DNA of 48,008 nt from a virus (IMGVR_UViG_2850778813_000004), one strand, 5' to 3'; shown: positions 9,751 through 20,636, counted from the stretch's first letter. Translations and numbers: made by a program. Notes: generated by a model not told the origin, from the sequence alone.

Positions 9751-11784
9751 ATGACTCAAGTCGCGAAGAAAATTCTGGTGACGTGCGCACTGCCGTACGC
9801 TAACGGCTCAATCCACCTCGGCCATATGCTGGAGCACATCCAGGCTGATGTCTGGGTCCGTTACCAGCGAATGCGCGGCCACGAGGTCAACTTCATCTGC
9901 GCCGACGATGCCCACGGTACACCGATTATGCTGAAAGCTCAGCAGCTTGGTATCACCCCGGAGCAGATGATTGGCGAAATGAGTCAGGAGCATCAGACTG
10001 ATTTCGCAGGCTTTAACATCAGCTATGACAACTATCACTCGACGCACAGCGAAGAGAACCGCCAGTTGTCAGAACTTATCTACTCTCGCCTGAAAGAAAA
10101 CGGTTTTATTAAAAACCGCACCATCTCTCAGCTGTACGATCCGGAAAAAGGCATGTTCCTGCCGGACCGTTTTGTAAAAGGCACCTGCCCGAAATGTAAA
10201 TCCCCGGATCAATACGGCGATAACTGCGAAGTCTGCGGCGCGACCTACAGCCCGACTGAATTGATCGAGCCGAAATCGGTGGTTTCTGGCGCTACGCCGG
10301 TAATGCGTGATTCTGAACACTTCTTCTTTGATCTGCCCTCTTTCAGCGAAATGTTGCAGGCATGGACCCGCAGCGGTGCGTTGCAGGAGCAGGTGGCAAA
10401 TAAAATGCAGGAGTGGTTTGAATCTGGCCTGCAACAGTGGGATATCTCCCGCGACGCGCCGTACTTCGGTTTTGAAATTCCGAACGCGCCGGGTAAATAT
10501 TTCTACGTCTGGCTAGATGCACCGATTGGCTATATGGGTTCTTTCAAGAATCTGTGCGACAAGCGCGGCGACAGCGTAAGCTTCGATGAATACTGGAAGA
10601 AAGACTCCACCGCCGAGCTGTACCACTTCATCGGTAAAGATATTGTTTACTTCCACAGTCTGTTCTGGCCAGCAATGCTGGAAGGCAGCAACTTCCGCAA
10701 GCCGACCAACCTGTTTGTTCATGGCTATGTGACGGTGAACGGCGCGAAGATGTCTAAGTCTCGCGGTACCTTTATTAAAGCCAGCACCTGGCTGAATCAT
10801 TTTGACGCCGACAGCCTGCGTTACTACTACACTGCGAAACTCTCTTCGCGCATTGATGATATCGATCTCAATCTGGAAGATTTCGTTCAGCGCGTGAATG
10901 CCGATATCGTGAACAAAGTGGTTAACCTGGCCTCCCGCAACGCGGGCTTTATCAACAAGCGTTTTGACGGCGTGCTGGCAAGCGAACTGGCTGACCCGCA
11001 GTTGTACAGAACCTTCACTGATGCCGCTGAAGTGATTGGTGAAGCGTGGGAAAGCCGCGAATTTGGTAAAGCAGTGCGCGAAATCATGGCGCTGGCTGAT
11101 CTGGCTAACCGCTATGTCGATGAACAGGCTCCGTGGGTGGTAGCGAAACAGGAAGGCCGCGATGCCGACCTGCAGGCAATTTGCTCAATGGGCATAAACC
11201 TGTTCCGCGTGCTGATGACTTACCTGAAGCCGGTACTGCCGAAACTGACCGAGCGCGCAGAAGCATTCCTTAATACGGAACTGACCTGGGATGGTATCCA
11301 GCAACCGCTGCTGGGCCATAAAGTGAATCCGTTCAAGGCGCTGTATAACCGCATAGATATGAAGCAGGTTGAAGCACTGGTGGAAGCGTCTAAAGAAGAA
11401 GTGAAAGCAGCTGCCGCGCCGGTAACTGGCCCGCTGGCAGATGATCCGATTCAGGAAACCATCACCTTTGACGACTTCGCCAAAGTTGACCTGCGCGTGG
11501 CGCTGATTGAAAACGCAGAGTTTGTTGAAGGTTCTGACAAACTGCTACGCCTGACTCTGGATCTCGGCGGCGAAAAGCGTAATGTCTTCTCCGGCATTCG
11601 TTCTGCTTACCCGGATCCGCAGGCACTGATTGGTCGTCACACCATTATGGTGGCTAACCTGGCACCACGTAAAATGCGCTTCGGTATCTCCGAAGGCATG
11701 GTGATGGCTGCCGGTCCTGGCGGGAAAGATATTTTCCTGCTAAGCCCGGATGCTGGTGCTAAACCGGGTCATCAGGTGAAATAA
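9751..11784 (+). CDS. metG: Methionyl-tRNA synthetase
   Basis: 677 aa from ATG at 9751; HIGH motif ([13 protein letters not shown]), KMSKS motif, zinc knuckle CPKC...CEVC, C-terminal tRNA-binding domain. Confidence 0.95.
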   Translation: MTQVAKKILVTCALPYANGSIHLGHMLEHIQADVWVRYQRMRGHEVNFICADDAHGTPIMLKAQQLGITPEQMIGEMSQEHQTDFAGFNISYDNYHSTHSEENRQLSELIYSRLKENGFIKNRTISQLYDPEKGMFLPDRFVKGTCPKCKSPDQYGDNCEVCGATYSPTELIEPKSVVSGATPVMRDSEHFFFDLPSFSEMLQAWTRSGALQEQVANKMQEWFESGLQQWDISRDAPYFGFEIPNAPGKYFYVWLDAPIGYMGSFKNLCDKRGDSVSFDEYWKKDSTAELYHFIGKDIVYFHSLFWPAMLEGSNFRKPTNLFVHGYVTVNGAKMSKSRGTFIKASTWLNHFDADSLRYYYTAKLSSRIDDIDLNLEDFVQRVNADIVNKVVNLASRNAGFINKRFDGVLASELADPQLYRTFTDAAEVIGEAWESREFGKAVREIMALADLANRYVDEQAPWVVAKQEGRDADLQAICSMGINLFRVLMTYLKPVLPKLTERAEAFLNTELTWDGIQQPLLGHKVNPFKALYNRIDMKQVEALVEASKEEVKAAAAPVTGPLADDPIQETITFDDFAKVDLRVALIENAEFVEGSDKLLRLTLDLGGEKRNVFSGIRSAYPDPQALIGRHTIMVANLAPRKMRFGISEGMVMAAGPGGKDIFLLSPDAGAKPGHQVK

Positions 11785-11793
11785 TCCCCCTTC

Positions 11794-11823
11794 AAGGCGC
11801 TGCATCGACAGCGCCTTTTCTTT
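11794..11823 (+). terminator. Intrinsic terminator of metG
   Basis: Stem aaggcgctg (11794-11802) / cagcgcctt (11809-11817), 6-nt loop, followed by T-rich tract. Confidence 0.7.
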
Positions 11824-11924
11824 ATAAATTCCTAAAGTTGTTTTCTTACGATTTTGTCTCTCTCTAACCCGCATAAATACTGGTAGCATCTGCATTCAAC
11901 TGGATAAAATTACAGGGATGCAGA

Positions 11925-12490
11925 ATGAGACACTTTATCTATCAGGACGAAAAATCACATAAATTCTGGGCGGTTGAGCAGCAGGGAAACGAGCTGCATA
12001 TCAACTGGGGCAAAGTCGGCACTAACGGGCAAAGCCAGATAAAAAGTTTTGCGGATGCTGCGGCAGCGGCAAAAGCGGAGCTTAAGCTGATCGCAGAGAA
12101 AACGAAAAAAGGCTATGTGGAAAATGCTTCAGCAAACGTGCATATCCCCCCCATTACCAAAGCCACTCCTGAAGTTGAAACTTCCCCTGAGAGTAAAAAC
12201 CAACGCCCCTGGCTGGCTGATGATGCGGTCATTCGGCTAACTGACGATATTAATCGATTTGCTTTTCCTCATCGCTCTCGCCCCAGAGGGATCAATTATC
12301 TGCACAAAGATGGTCAAATATGGCAGCTCATCGCGAATAACACCAGGGCATATGATCCCGCCAACAATTACCGTTCTTATCCAGAAAACTGGCAGCAGGC
12401 TTTTGCTGAGTTACAAATGCGAGTTCAAGGTAATCAACAGACAGGGAGTGCACAATCTGATGCAGCATTGCTCTGGAGTTTCTGGAACTC
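11925..12490 (+). pseudogene. molR: molR-like gene, 5' fragment (WGR domain), cut by IS600-like element
   Basis: N-terminus MRHFIYQDEKSHKFWAVEQQGNELHINWGKVGTNGQ is a WGR domain as in K-12 MolR; ORF runs into the IS end at 12491. Confidence 0.7.
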
Positions 12491-12984
12491 TGAGGTGTAC
12501 TGGCAATAGCGGACACTACCATTTGTTCTTTTTTTAAGCAGCCATCTGATGATATTTTTCCCTGAAGGCTGCCGGGGAGATATTCCCCAGACGAGAGTGA
12601 CGACGCTGACGATTGTAGAAAATCTCAATGTATTCCCGTATTACTGAGATGGCTTCATCCCGGTTATTAAAACGATAGTGGCTCAGGCTCTCATTTTTCA
12701 GCGTTCCCCAGAAGCTTTCCATCGGAGCGTTGTCGTAACAGTGACCTTTACGCGACATTGATGTTTTCAGACCAGACTGCTCCTGTATGACCCGGTAATC
12801 GTATGCGCAGTACTGTGAACCTCGATCAGAGTGGTGGATTAGCCCGGCAGGTGGGCGCTGGCTCCTGAGCGCCATAAACAGGGCTTTACCTGTTAGACTG
12901 GCCCCCTGAATCTCCAGACAACCAGTATCACTTAAATAAGTGATAGTCTTAATACTAGTTTTTAGACTAGTCATTGGAGTACAG

Positions 12985-13350
12985 ATGATTGATGTCTTAG
13001 GGCCGGAGAAACGCAGACGGCGTACCACACAGGAAAAGATCGCAATTGTTCAGCAGAGCTTTGAACCGGGGATGACGGTCTCCCTCGTTGCCCGGCAACA
13101 TGGTGTAGCAGCCAGCCAGTTATTTCTCTGGCGTAAGCAATACCAGGAAGGAAGTCTTACTGCTGTGGCCGCCGGAGAACAGGTTGTTCCTGCCTCTGAA
13201 CTTGCTGCCGCCATGAAGCAGATTAAAGAACTCCAGCGCCTGCTCGGCAAGAAAACGATGGAAAATGAACTCCTCAAAGAAGCCGTTGAATATGGACGGG
13301 CAAAAAAGTGGATAGCGCACGCGCCCTTATTGCCCGGGGATGGGGAGTAA
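12985..13350 (+). CDS. insC: IS2 InsC (orfA)
   Basis: 121 aa from ATG at 12985: [26 protein letters not shown]... Confidence 0.9.
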
Positions 13351-14213
13351 GCTTAGTCAGCCGTTGTCTCCGGGTGTCGCGTGCGCAGTTGCACGTCATT
13401 CTCAGACGAACCGATGACTGGATGGATGGCCGCCGCAGTCGTCACACTGATGATACGGATGTGCTTCTCCGTATACACCATGTTATCGGAGAGCTGCCCA
13501 CGTATGGTTATCGTCGGGTATGGGCGCTGCTTCGCAGACAGGCAGAACTTGATGGTATGCCTGCGATCAATGCCAAACGTGTTTACCGGATCATGCGCCA
13601 GAATGCCCTGTTGCTTGAGCGAAAACCTGCTGTACCACCATCGAAACGGGCACATACAGGCAGAGTGGCCGTGAAAGAAAGCAATCAGCGATGGTGCTCT
13701 GACGGGTTCGAGTTCTGCTGTGATAACGGAGAGAGACTGCGTGTCACGTTCGCGCTGGACTGCTGTGATCGTGAGGCACTGCACTGGGCGGTGACTACCG
13801 GCGGCTTCAACAGTGAAACAGTACAGGACGTCATGCTGGGAGCGGTGGAACGCCGCTTCGGCAACGATCTTCCGTCGTCTCCAGTGGAGTGGCTGACGGA
13901 TAATGGTTCATGCTACCGGGCTAATGAAACACGCCAGTTCGCCCGGATGTTGGGACTTGAACCGAAGAACACGGCGGTGCGGAGTCCGGAGAGTAACGGA
14001 ATAGCAGAGAGCTTCGTGAAAACGATAAAGCGTGACTACATCAGTATCATGCCCAAACCAGACGGGTTAACGGCAGCAAAGAACCTTGCAGAGGCGTTCG
14101 AACATTATAACGAATGGCATCCGCATAGTGCGCTGGGTTATCGCTCGCCACGGGAATATCTGCGGCAGCGGGCTTGTAATGGGTTAAGTGATAACAGATG
14201 TCTGGAAATATAG
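13308..14213 (+). CDS. insD: IS2 InsD (orfB, DDE transposase)
   Basis: 301-aa ORF overlapping insC, IS3-family orfB with DDE motif region. Confidence 0.9.
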
Positions 14214-14723
14214 GGGCAAATCCACCTGTCAGCTCTTTTGTCATGCGCTCTCCCATGGCGTAGCCGACAATTTCGCACGTATAAACATCTTTGATGCCAG
14301 CGAGGTACAACCATCCCTCCTGTGTGGCAACATACGTCAGGTCCGCCACCCAGACCTGATTTGGTGCTGTAGGAGCGAACGTCTGGTTCAGCAGATTTGG
14401 CGCAACTGGCAGATTGTGGTTCGGGTTCGTAGTCGCTCTGAACTTGCGTTTCTGCTTACAGCGTAGCCTTAGCTCCTTACGAAGACGTGCCAGTCGGTCA
14501 CGACCAACGATGATGCCATTCTCTGCCAGCTCCGTCTGGAGCCGCCGGGTTCCATATGTTTCGCGAGTGCGGATATGTGCCACCTTAATCTCCAGTTTTA
14601 GCCGCTCATCACTTTGTTTTCTGTCTGAGGGTTCATGCTGTACCCAGTTGTAATAACCGCTCCTGGATACACCAAATACCTGACACATCGCTTCAATGGG
14701 AAATTGTTGTCGCCATTGTTCGA

Positions 14724-15026
14724 TTAACGCGTATTTTTCAGCGACTCCTGTGCAAAATACGCTGTTGCTTTTTTTAATATATCTCGCTCAAGGCGAGCTT
14801 CATTTAACGCCTTACGCAGTTGCAGAATTTCAGATTCCAGTTCAGCCACCGTGCGGGAACCAGGAGTACCGAGCCCTTTTCTGGCGGCGGTAACCCATTG
14901 TCCTAAAGTGCCTTCAGGAAGGGATAATCGGGAAGCGCCTTCACTGATCGAAAGTTGATTTTCAAGAACCGTTCTGACAGCTTCGGCTTTGAACTCTTTA
15001 GAGTAACGTTGGTTTTTTCTGCTCAT
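14724..15026 (-). CDS. IS600-like orfA
   Basis: 100-aa ORF MSRKNQRYSKEFKAEAVRTVLENQ...; identical to 44688-44990. Confidence 0.85.
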   Translation of the reverse strand: MSRKNQRYSKEFKAEAVRTVLENQLSISEGASRLSLPEGTLGQWVTAARKGLGTPGSRTVAELESEILQLRKALNEARLERDILKKATAYFAQESLKNTR

Positions 15027-15149
15027 TATTAGCTCCTTCTGATGCCATTCTATTTCAGGAAGGAGTGTCCGTTAAACTCAGGCTACCTCACTCTGGTGAT
15101 GCTGCCAACTTACTGATTTAGTGTATGATGGTGTTTTTGAGGTGCTCCA

Positions 15150-15425
15150 GTGGCTTCTGTTTCTATCAGCTGTCCCTCCTGTTCAGCTACTGACGGGGTG
15201 GTGCGTAACGGCAAAAGCACTGCCGGACATCAGCGCTATCTCTGCTCTCACTGCCGTAAAACATGGCAACTGCAGTTCACTTACACCGCTTCTCAACCCG
15301 GTACGCACCAGAAAATTATTGATATGGCCATGAATGGCGTTGGATGCCGGGCAACTGCACGCATTATGGGCGTTAGCCTCAACACGATTTTACGTCACTT
15401 AAAAAACTCAGGCCGCAGTCGGTAA
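15150..15425 (+). CDS. insA: IS1 InsA
   Basis: 91-aa ORF identical to the other copies. Confidence 0.9.
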   Translation: MASVSISCPSCSATDGVVRNGKSTAGHQRYLCSHCRKTWQLQFTYTASQPGTHQKIIDMAMNGVGCRATARIMGVSLNTILRHLKNSGRSR

Positions 15426-15469
15426 CCTCGCGCATACAGCCGGGCAGTGACGTCATCGTCTGCGCGGAA

Positions 15470-15847
15470 ATGGACGAACAGTGGGGATACGTCGGGGCTA
15501 AATCGCGCCAGCGCTGGCTGTTTTACGCGTATGACAGGCTCCGGAAGACGGTTGTTGCGCACGTATTCGGTGAACGCACTATGGCGACGCTGGGGCGTCT
15601 TATGAGCTTGCTGTCACCCTTTGACGTGGTGATATGGATGACGGATGGCTGGCCACTGTATGAATCCCGCCTGAAGGGAAAGCTGCACGTAATCAGCAAG
15701 CGATATACGCAGCGAATTGAGCGGCATAACCTGAATCTGAGGCAGCACCTGGCACGGCTGGGACGGAAGTCGCTGTCGTTCTCAAAATCGGTGGAGCTGC
15801 ATGACAAAGTCATCGGGCATTATCTGAACATAAAACACTATCAATAA
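15470..15847 (+). CDS. insB: IS1 InsB reading frame (expressed as InsAB' by frameshifting)
   Basis: Intact 125-aa ORF at IS positions 376-753. Confidence 0.85.
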   Translation: MDEQWGYVGAKSRQRWLFYAYDRLRKTVVAHVFGERTMATLGRLMSLLSPFDVVIWMTDGWPLYESRLKGKLHVISKRYTQRIERHNLNLRQHLARLGRKSLSFSKSVELHDKVIGHYLNIKHYQ

Positions 15848-15862
15848 GTTGGAGTCATTACC

Positions 15863-16137
15863 TTGCCTCTATTGGTGCAACCACCAAAGAAGACGCTGCC
15901 AAGACACTTGAGCCGTTAAGCGCCAAATACAAAAACATCGCGGGTGTTGAAGAAAAATTAACCTATACCGATACCTACGCGCAGGAAAACGTGACTATCG
16001 ATATGGAAAAAGTGGATTTTAAAGCCCTGCAGGGTATTTCAGGAATCAACGTTTCTGCTGAAGATACCAAAAAAGGTATCACTATGGCGCAAATGGAACT
16101 GGTGATGAAAGCCGCTGGTTTTAAAGAAGTGAAATAA
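15863..16137 (+). pseudogene. yehR: yehR-like lipoprotein gene, 3' fragment (5' end removed at the IS1 junction)
   Basis: In-frame C-terminus ...KYKNIAGVEEKLTYTDTYAQENVTIDMEKVDFKALQGISGINVSAEDTKKGITMAQMELVMKAAGFKEVK, stop at 16135-16137; no start codon or promoter. Confidence 0.75.
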
Positions 16138-16143
16138 TCTGTC

Positions 16144-16168
16144 GGCGGCCATGTTTCGCATGGCCGCC
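16144..16168. terminator. Palindromic hairpin between convergent yehR' and yehS
   Basis: ggcggccatg / catggccgcc stem with 5-nt loop; weak T tracts on both sides. Confidence 0.4.
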
Positions 16169-16177
16169 ATACCCGTC

Positions 16178-16648
16178 TTAGCTTTTCTTCACATGCTGGC
16201 GCGCTGCCAGTCCACGCAGAAAATAACGTAAAAATTGATCGCCGCATTCGCGGAAGTTTTTATGATCCGGTGCACGCATCATCGCCGTAATTTCCGGCAT
16301 CGAAACGCGGAACTGCTGTTCGGTGAGGATCGCCAGAATGTCATCGGTTTTCAGCGAAAACGCGATGCGTAATTTTTTTAGCACGATGTTGTTATTAATG
16401 CGACGTTCCGGCTCCAGTGCCGGAGCAGACTCATCCTTGCCGCGTTTTTCATAAATCAGGCCATTGAGGAATGACGACAAAACAATGTCCGGACAACGCT
16501 GAAAACCCTCTTCGTCTTCTTTACGTAGCCAGACGGCGATCTGTTCCGCGGTGGCTTCGACATTACCCAGCGCCAGAATACGCACCAGGTCATTATTATT
16601 GGCTTTCAAAATGTAGCGCACGCTGCGCAGAATATCGTTACTTAGCAT
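16178..16648 (-). CDS. yehS: YehS-like protein (DUF1456)
   Basis: 156 aa from ATG at 16648 (MLSNDILRSVRYILKANNNDLVRILAL...); K-12 synteny with btsR. Confidence 0.75.
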   Translation of the reverse strand: MLSNDILRSVRYILKANNNDLVRILALGNVEATAEQIAVWLRKEDEEGFQRCPDIVLSSFLNGLIYEKRGKDESAPALEPERRINNNIVLKKLRIAFSLKTDDILAILTEQQFRVSMPEITAMMRAPDHKNFRECGDQFLRYFLRGLAARQHVKKS

Positions 16649-16694
16649 GAGGCCTTCAGGTGTTGATGAGGCAAAAAGCCATTTTAGCAGTCTT

Positions 16695-17414
16695 TTACAG
16701 GCCAATCGCCTCTTTTAAGGTTTTCAGATAACGGCGGCTGACCGGCACGGTTAAGCCATTACGCAAAATCAACTCGGCCTGGCCGTTATCTTCCAGACGA
16801 ATCTCCTGTAAATGCGCGAGGTTAACCAGATACTGACGATGGCAGCGCAGTAGTGGTGTACGACTTTCCAGGGTACGTAATGTCAATTCGGTAAAGCCCT
16901 CTTTCCCTTCGTGGCTGGTAACGTAGATACCGCTCATCCGACTGCTGACAAATGCCACATCTTTCATTTGCAGCAAATAAATCCGACTATGCCCAGTACA
17001 AGGGATAAATTTCAGCGCCTGTTGATTTTCTGGTAACAGCGAAACATCCTGCTTGCTGCGTTCCTGCCGCAAACGCGCCAGCGTTTTCTCCAGTCGCTCT
17101 TCATCAATTGGCTTCAGCAGATAATCAAAGGCGTGTTCTTCAAAGGCTTTAATGGCGTATTCGTCAAACGCGGTGAGAAAAACAATATACGGACGATGTT
17201 CCGGGTCGAGCATCCCCACCATTTCCAGACCACTGATGCGCGGCATCTGGATATCGAGAAACAGCACATCCGGGCGCAGTTTATGCACCGCGCCGATCCC
17301 TTCCACGGCGTTTGAACACTCACCAACGATTTCAATATCGCTCTGCTCCTGCAAAAATACGCGCAGGTTCTCCCGTGCTAACGGTTCATCATCGACAATT
17401 AAGACTTTAATCAT
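16695..17414 (-). CDS. btsR: LytTR-family response regulator BtsR (YehT)
   Basis: 239 aa from ATG at 17414; receiver domain ([17 protein letters not shown]...D54 region) plus C-terminal LytTR DNA-binding domain. Confidence 0.85.
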   Translation of the reverse strand: MIKVLIVDDEPLARENLRVFLQEQSDIEIVGECSNAVEGIGAVHKLRPDVLFLDIQMPRISGLEMVGMLDPEHRPYIVFLTAFDEYAIKAFEEHAFDYLLKPIDEERLEKTLARLRQERSKQDVSLLPENQQALKFIPCTGHSRIYLLQMKDVAFVSSRMSGIYVTSHEGKEGFTELTLRTLESRTPLLRCHRQYLVNLAHLQEIRLEDNGQAELILRNGLTVPVSRRYLKTLKEAIGL

Positions 17415-19096
17415 GCCTCGTCCCTCCATGGTAGTCGTAACGTTATTCGGGTGTAACTATCAGGCTCACAGGCGACGCTTATCCCATAGTCATCGCCAAA
17501 CCGTTCACGTAAACGCTTATCCACCAGATTCATCCCCAGCCCACTGGCATTGGTTACCGGTTGATACAAACCGGCATTGTCTTCGATCTCCAGCATCAAA
17601 TGTTGCCCCTCACGTCGGGCGCTGATTGCCACTCGCCCTGTATCCAGCAGTTGTGATGTCCCATGTTTAATGGCGTTTTCCACTATCGGTTGCAGGGTAA
17701 ACGCGGGCAATTGCTGCTGGGATAATTCTTGCGGAATAGCAATGTTGACCTGCAACCGCGACTGGAAGCGCGCCTTTTCAATTTGCAGATAAGCGTTCAC
17801 ATGTTCAATTTCGTCGGCGAGAGTAACAAACTCCGAAGGCCGCTTTAAGTTTTTGCGGAAAAAAGTGGAAAGATACTGCACCAGCTGGCTGGCCTGTTCG
17901 CTGTCGCGACGGCTCACCGCTTTAATGGTGTTAAGCGCATTAAACAAAAAATGGGGGTTCACCTGGGCGTGAAGCAGTTTGATCTCTGACTGGGTGAGCA
18001 TCGCTTTTTGCCGCTCATATTGCCCGGCGAGGATCTGCGCCGAAAGCAGTTGCGCAATCCCCTCGCCCAGCGTGCGGTTGATTGAACTGAATAAACGGTT
18101 TTTGGCTTCATACAATTTGATGGTGCCCATCACCCGCTGATTTTCACCACGCAACGGAATTACCAGCGTCGACCCCAGTTTGCATTGCGGATGCAAAGAG
18201 CAACGATAAGGTACTTCGTTGCCATCAGCGTAGACCACTTCACCGGTTTCAATCGCTTTTAAGGTGTAAGTCGAAGATATTGGTTTGCCGGGTATATGGT
18301 GGTCGTCACCAATTCCGGTAAAGGCCAGCAATTTCTCTCGATCGGTAATCGCGACTGCACCAATATCCAGCTCCTGATACAGCACCTGTGCCACTTTCAT
18401 GCTGTTCACTTCGTTAAACCCCTGGCGCAAAATGCCTTCCGTCGAGGCAGCCACTTTCAGCGCAGTGGCAGAAAAAGCCGAAGTGTATTTTTCAAACATC
18501 GCGCGTTTATCTAGCAATATACGCATAAACAGCGCCGCGCCGACGGTATTGGTGACCATCATTGGCGCAGCAATATTACTCACCAGACGCACCGCATCTT
18601 CATAAGGTCGGGCGATCGCCAGGATGATCAACATTTGCACCATTTCAGCGACGAACGTGACGGCACCGGCGGTAATGGGGTTAAAGACTTTATCAGTGCG
18701 CCCGCGACGGATCAGGATGCTGTGTACCAGGCCGCCGAGCAATCCTTCAACGATGGTCGAGATCATGCAACTTAGCGCGGTCATGCCCCCCATCGAATAT
18801 CGATGTAACCCGCCGGTCAGGCCAACCAGCCCACCGACGACCGGACCGCCGAGTAAGCCGCCCATGACCGCGCCTATCGCACGGGTATTGGCAATAGAAT
18901 CGTCAATGTGCAACCCAAACCAGGTGCCCATGATGCAGAAGATGGAAAAGACGATGTAGCAGAGAAATTTATGCGGCAGACGAACCGTGACCTGCATTAA
19001 CGGTATGAATAATGGCGTTTTACTCATTAACCATGCAATGACTAAAAAAACGCACATCTGCTGAAGCAGCAGCAACACCAGATTAAAATCGTACAT
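17411..19096 (-). CDS. btsS: Sensor histidine kinase BtsS (YehU, LytS family)
   Basis: 561 aa from ATG at 19096; N-terminal 5TM Lyt domain, GAF-like region, H-box (FLFNALNTI) and ATPase domain; 4-nt overlap with btsR. Confidence 0.85.
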   Translation of the reverse strand: MYDFNLVLLLLQQMCVFLVIAWLMSKTPLFIPLMQVTVRLPHKFLCYIVFSIFCIMGTWFGLHIDDSIANTRAIGAVMGGLLGGPVVGGLVGLTGGLHRYSMGGMTALSCMISTIVEGLLGGLVHSILIRRGRTDKVFNPITAGAVTFVAEMVQMLIILAIARPYEDAVRLVSNIAAPMMVTNTVGAALFMRILLDKRAMFEKYTSAFSATALKVAASTEGILRQGFNEVNSMKVAQVLYQELDIGAVAITDREKLLAFTGIGDDHHIPGKPISSTYTLKAIETGEVVYADGNEVPYRCSLHPQCKLGSTLVIPLRGENQRVMGTIKLYEAKNRLFSSINRTLGEGIAQLLSAQILAGQYERQKAMLTQSEIKLLHAQVNPHFLFNALNTIKAVSRRDSEQASQLVQYLSTFFRKNLKRPSEFVTLADEIEHVNAYLQIEKARFQSRLQVNIAIPQELSQQQLPAFTLQPIVENAIKHGTSQLLDTGRVAISARREGQHLMLEIEDNAGLYQPVTNASGLGMNLVDKRLRERFGDDYGISVACEPDSYTRITLRLPWRDEA

Positions 19097-19317
19097 ACCC
19101 GCAAACCACACTTCCCTTTAAAACGCGTAACATATATTGCCTGCGTTTAACTTTCTTTGAACTCTTGCAGAAAAATGAGAATTCGTGAGTACAATCACTC
19201 AAAATCGCCTGGCAAAAATAAAATCACCCTATAAATGCACAAAAAACGGGCAAAACTACCTGGTTCGCAAAACTGCGTCTAAAGTTAAACCGGGACCTCG
19301 CGAGCAAGGGTGAGACG

Positions 19318-19386
19318 ATGGCGCTTTACACAATTGGTGAAGTGGCGTTGCTTTGTGATATTAACCCTGTCACGTTACGCGCGTGA
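19318..19386 (+). pseudogene. mlrA: mlrA (yehV) N-terminal remnant; MerR-type helix-turn-helix ends at a TGA after 22 codons, at the prophage junction
   Basis: MALYTIGEVALLCDINPVTLRA then TGA (19384-19386) where I recall intact mlrA having TGG; downstream sequence no longer encodes a MerR effector domain. Placement divergent from btsS matches K-12. Confidence 0.6.
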
Positions 19387-19544
19387 CGCAACATTTTTAA
19401 AAATCGACGAAGATCGTCCAGGAGCGCCGTTTTTCAAGGGTTGGATAGATGATTCGTTTACCATGTCGACGAACTTCGACGAATTTCGCCGATAAAAAGT
19501 GTCCCATACATGCCCCATTGATGCCCCATAAACAATATCAGGAA

Positions 19545-19574
19545 TTGACACTGGTTATCCATACAGATAAAAAT
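19545..19574 (+). promoter_or_regulatory. Sigma70-type promoter (-35 TTGACA 19545-19550, 17-nt spacer, -10 TAAAAA 19568-19573)
   Basis: Perfect -35 hexamer and A/T-rich -10 immediately upstream of the LexA box; presumed native dinI-like promoter, now separated from its gene by IS1. Confidence 0.55.
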
Positions 19575-19579
19575 AACAC

Positions 19580-19595
19580 CTGTACATAACTACAG
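19580..19595 (+). promoter_or_regulatory. LexA (SOS) box CTGTacataactACAG
   Basis: Exact CTGT-N8-ACAG palindrome 12 bp upstream of the IS1 insertion point and, in the pre-insertion sequence, about 30 bp upstream of the dinI-like ATG. Confidence 0.7.
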
Positions 19596-19621
19596 TTACA
19601 GGAGGGGGTAATGACTCCAAC

Positions 19622-19999
19622 TTATTGATAGTGTTTTATGTTCAGATAATGCCCGATGACTTTGTCATGCAGCTCCACCGATTTTGAGAACGACAGCGAC
19701 TTCCGTCCCAGCCGTGCCAGGTGCTGCCTCAGATTCAGGTTATGCCGCTCAATTCGCTGCGTATATCGCTTGCTGATTACGTGCAGCTTTCCCTTCAGGC
19801 GGGATTCATACAGTGGCCAGCCATCCGTCATCCATATCACCACGTCAAAGGGTGACAGCAAGCTCATAAGACGCCCCTGCGTCGCCATAGTGCGTTCACC
19901 GAATACGTGCGCAACAACCGTCTTCCGGAGCCTGTCATACGCGTAAAACAGCCAGCGCTGGCGCGATTTAGCCCCGACGTATCCCCACTGTTCGTCCAT
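19622..19999 (-). CDS. insB: IS1 InsB reading frame
   Basis: 125-aa ORF, IS1 copy c. Confidence 0.85.
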   Translation of the reverse strand: MDEQWGYVGAKSRQRWLFYAYDRLRKTVVAHVFGERTMATQGRLMSLLSPFDVVIWMTDGWPLYESRLKGKLHVISKRYTQRIERHNLNLRQHLARLGRKSLSFSKSVELHDKVIGHYLNIKHYQ

Positions 20000-20043
20000 T
20001 TCCGCGCAGACGATGACGTCACTGCCCGGCTGTATGCGCGAGG

Positions 20044-20319
20044 TTACCGACTGCGGCCTGAGTTTTTTAAGTGACGTAAAATCGTGTTGAGGCTAACGCC
20101 CATAATGCGTGCAGTTGCCCGGCATCCAACGCCATTCATGGCCATATCAATAATTTTCTGGTGCGTACCGGGTTGAGAAGCGGTGTAAGTGAACTGCAGT
20201 TGCCATGTTTTACGGCAGTGAGAGCAGAGATAGCGCTGATGTCCGGCAGTGCTTTTGCCGTTACGCACCACCCCGTCAGTAGCTGAACAGGAGGGACAGC
20301 TGATAGAAACAGAAGCCAC
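20044..20319 (-). CDS. insA: IS1 InsA
   Basis: 91-aa ORF, IS1 copy c. Confidence 0.9.
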   Translation of the reverse strand: MASVSISCPSCSATDGVVRNGKSTAGHQRYLCSHCRKTWQLQFTYTASQPGTHQKIIDMAMNGVGCRATARIMGVSLNTILRHLKNSGRSR

Positions 20320-20387
20320 TGGAGCACCTCAAAAACACCATCATACACTAAATCAGTAAGTTGGCAGCATCACCACAGGAGGGTGTT

Positions 20388-20636
20388 ATGCGTGTTGAGA
20401 TCTGTATCGCTAAAGAAAAAATCACTAAAATGCCAAACGGTGCTGTGGATGCGTTAAAGGAAGAATTAACCCGACGCATCAGTAAACGTTATGACGATGT
20501 AGAGGTGATCGTAAAAGCCACCAGCAACGATGGCCTTTCTGTTACGCGCACCGCCGATAAAGATTCAGCTAAAACTTTTGTTCAGGAGACTCTGAAAGAT
20601 ACCTGGAAGTCTGCTGACGAGTGGTTTTTTCACTAA
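20388..20636 (+). CDS. DinI-family SOS protein (prophage-borne)
   Basis: 82 aa from ATG at 20388 with SD aggagg inside the IS1 target duplicate; [37 protein letters not shown]... has the DinI fold signature (acidic C-terminus ...SADEWFFH). Confidence 0.8.
   Translation: MRVEICIAKEKITKMPNGAVDALKEELTRRISKRYDDVEVIVKATSNDGLSVTRTADKDSAKTFVQETLKDTWKSADEWFFH

Larger units (their letters stand above)
12894..14224 (+). mobile_element. IS2 (1331 bp) with 5-bp target-site duplication cctgt
   Basis: Ends TAGACTGGCCCCCTGAATCTCC ... GGGGCAAATCCA; cctgt at 12889-12893 and 14225-14229; the uninterrupted target is visible in copy B (ctttacctgtcagctc, 44185-44200). Confidence 0.95.
12534..14688 (-). pseudogene. 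IS600-like orfB transposase, split by the IS2 insertion
   Basis: N-terminal part 14225-14688 and C-terminal part 12534-12893 together match the intact orfB at 43834-44652; IS2 lies between them. Confidence 0.85.
12491..15090 (-). mobile_element. IS600-like (IS3 family) copy A, interrupted by IS2
   Basis: Ends TGAGGTGTACTGG... and ...CTCAGGCTACCTCA match copy B (43791-45054); 1264 bp after removing IS2 and one TSD copy. Flanked by 3-bp direct repeat ctc (12488-12490, 15091-15093). Confidence 0.85.
15095..15862 (+). mobile_element. IS1 copy b (768 bp); no target-site duplication
   Basis: Canonical IS1 ends; flanks (cctcactct | ttgcctcta) are not a direct repeat; it separates the IS600/molR side from the yehR 3' fragment. 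Confidence 0.95.
19607..20374 (-). mobile_element. IS1 copy c (768 bp) with perfect 9-bp target-site duplication acaggaggg
   Basis: Ends GGTAATGACTCC... (19607) and ...GGCAGCATCACC (20374); acaggaggg at 19598-19606 and 20375-20383. insB carries Q where other copies have L (MATQGRLM). Confidence 0.95.

Noticed and set aside
17114-18959. ORFs antisense to or out of frame with btsR/btsS
   Set aside because: Shadow ORFs within the two-component system genes, which have clear domain architecture on the minus strand.
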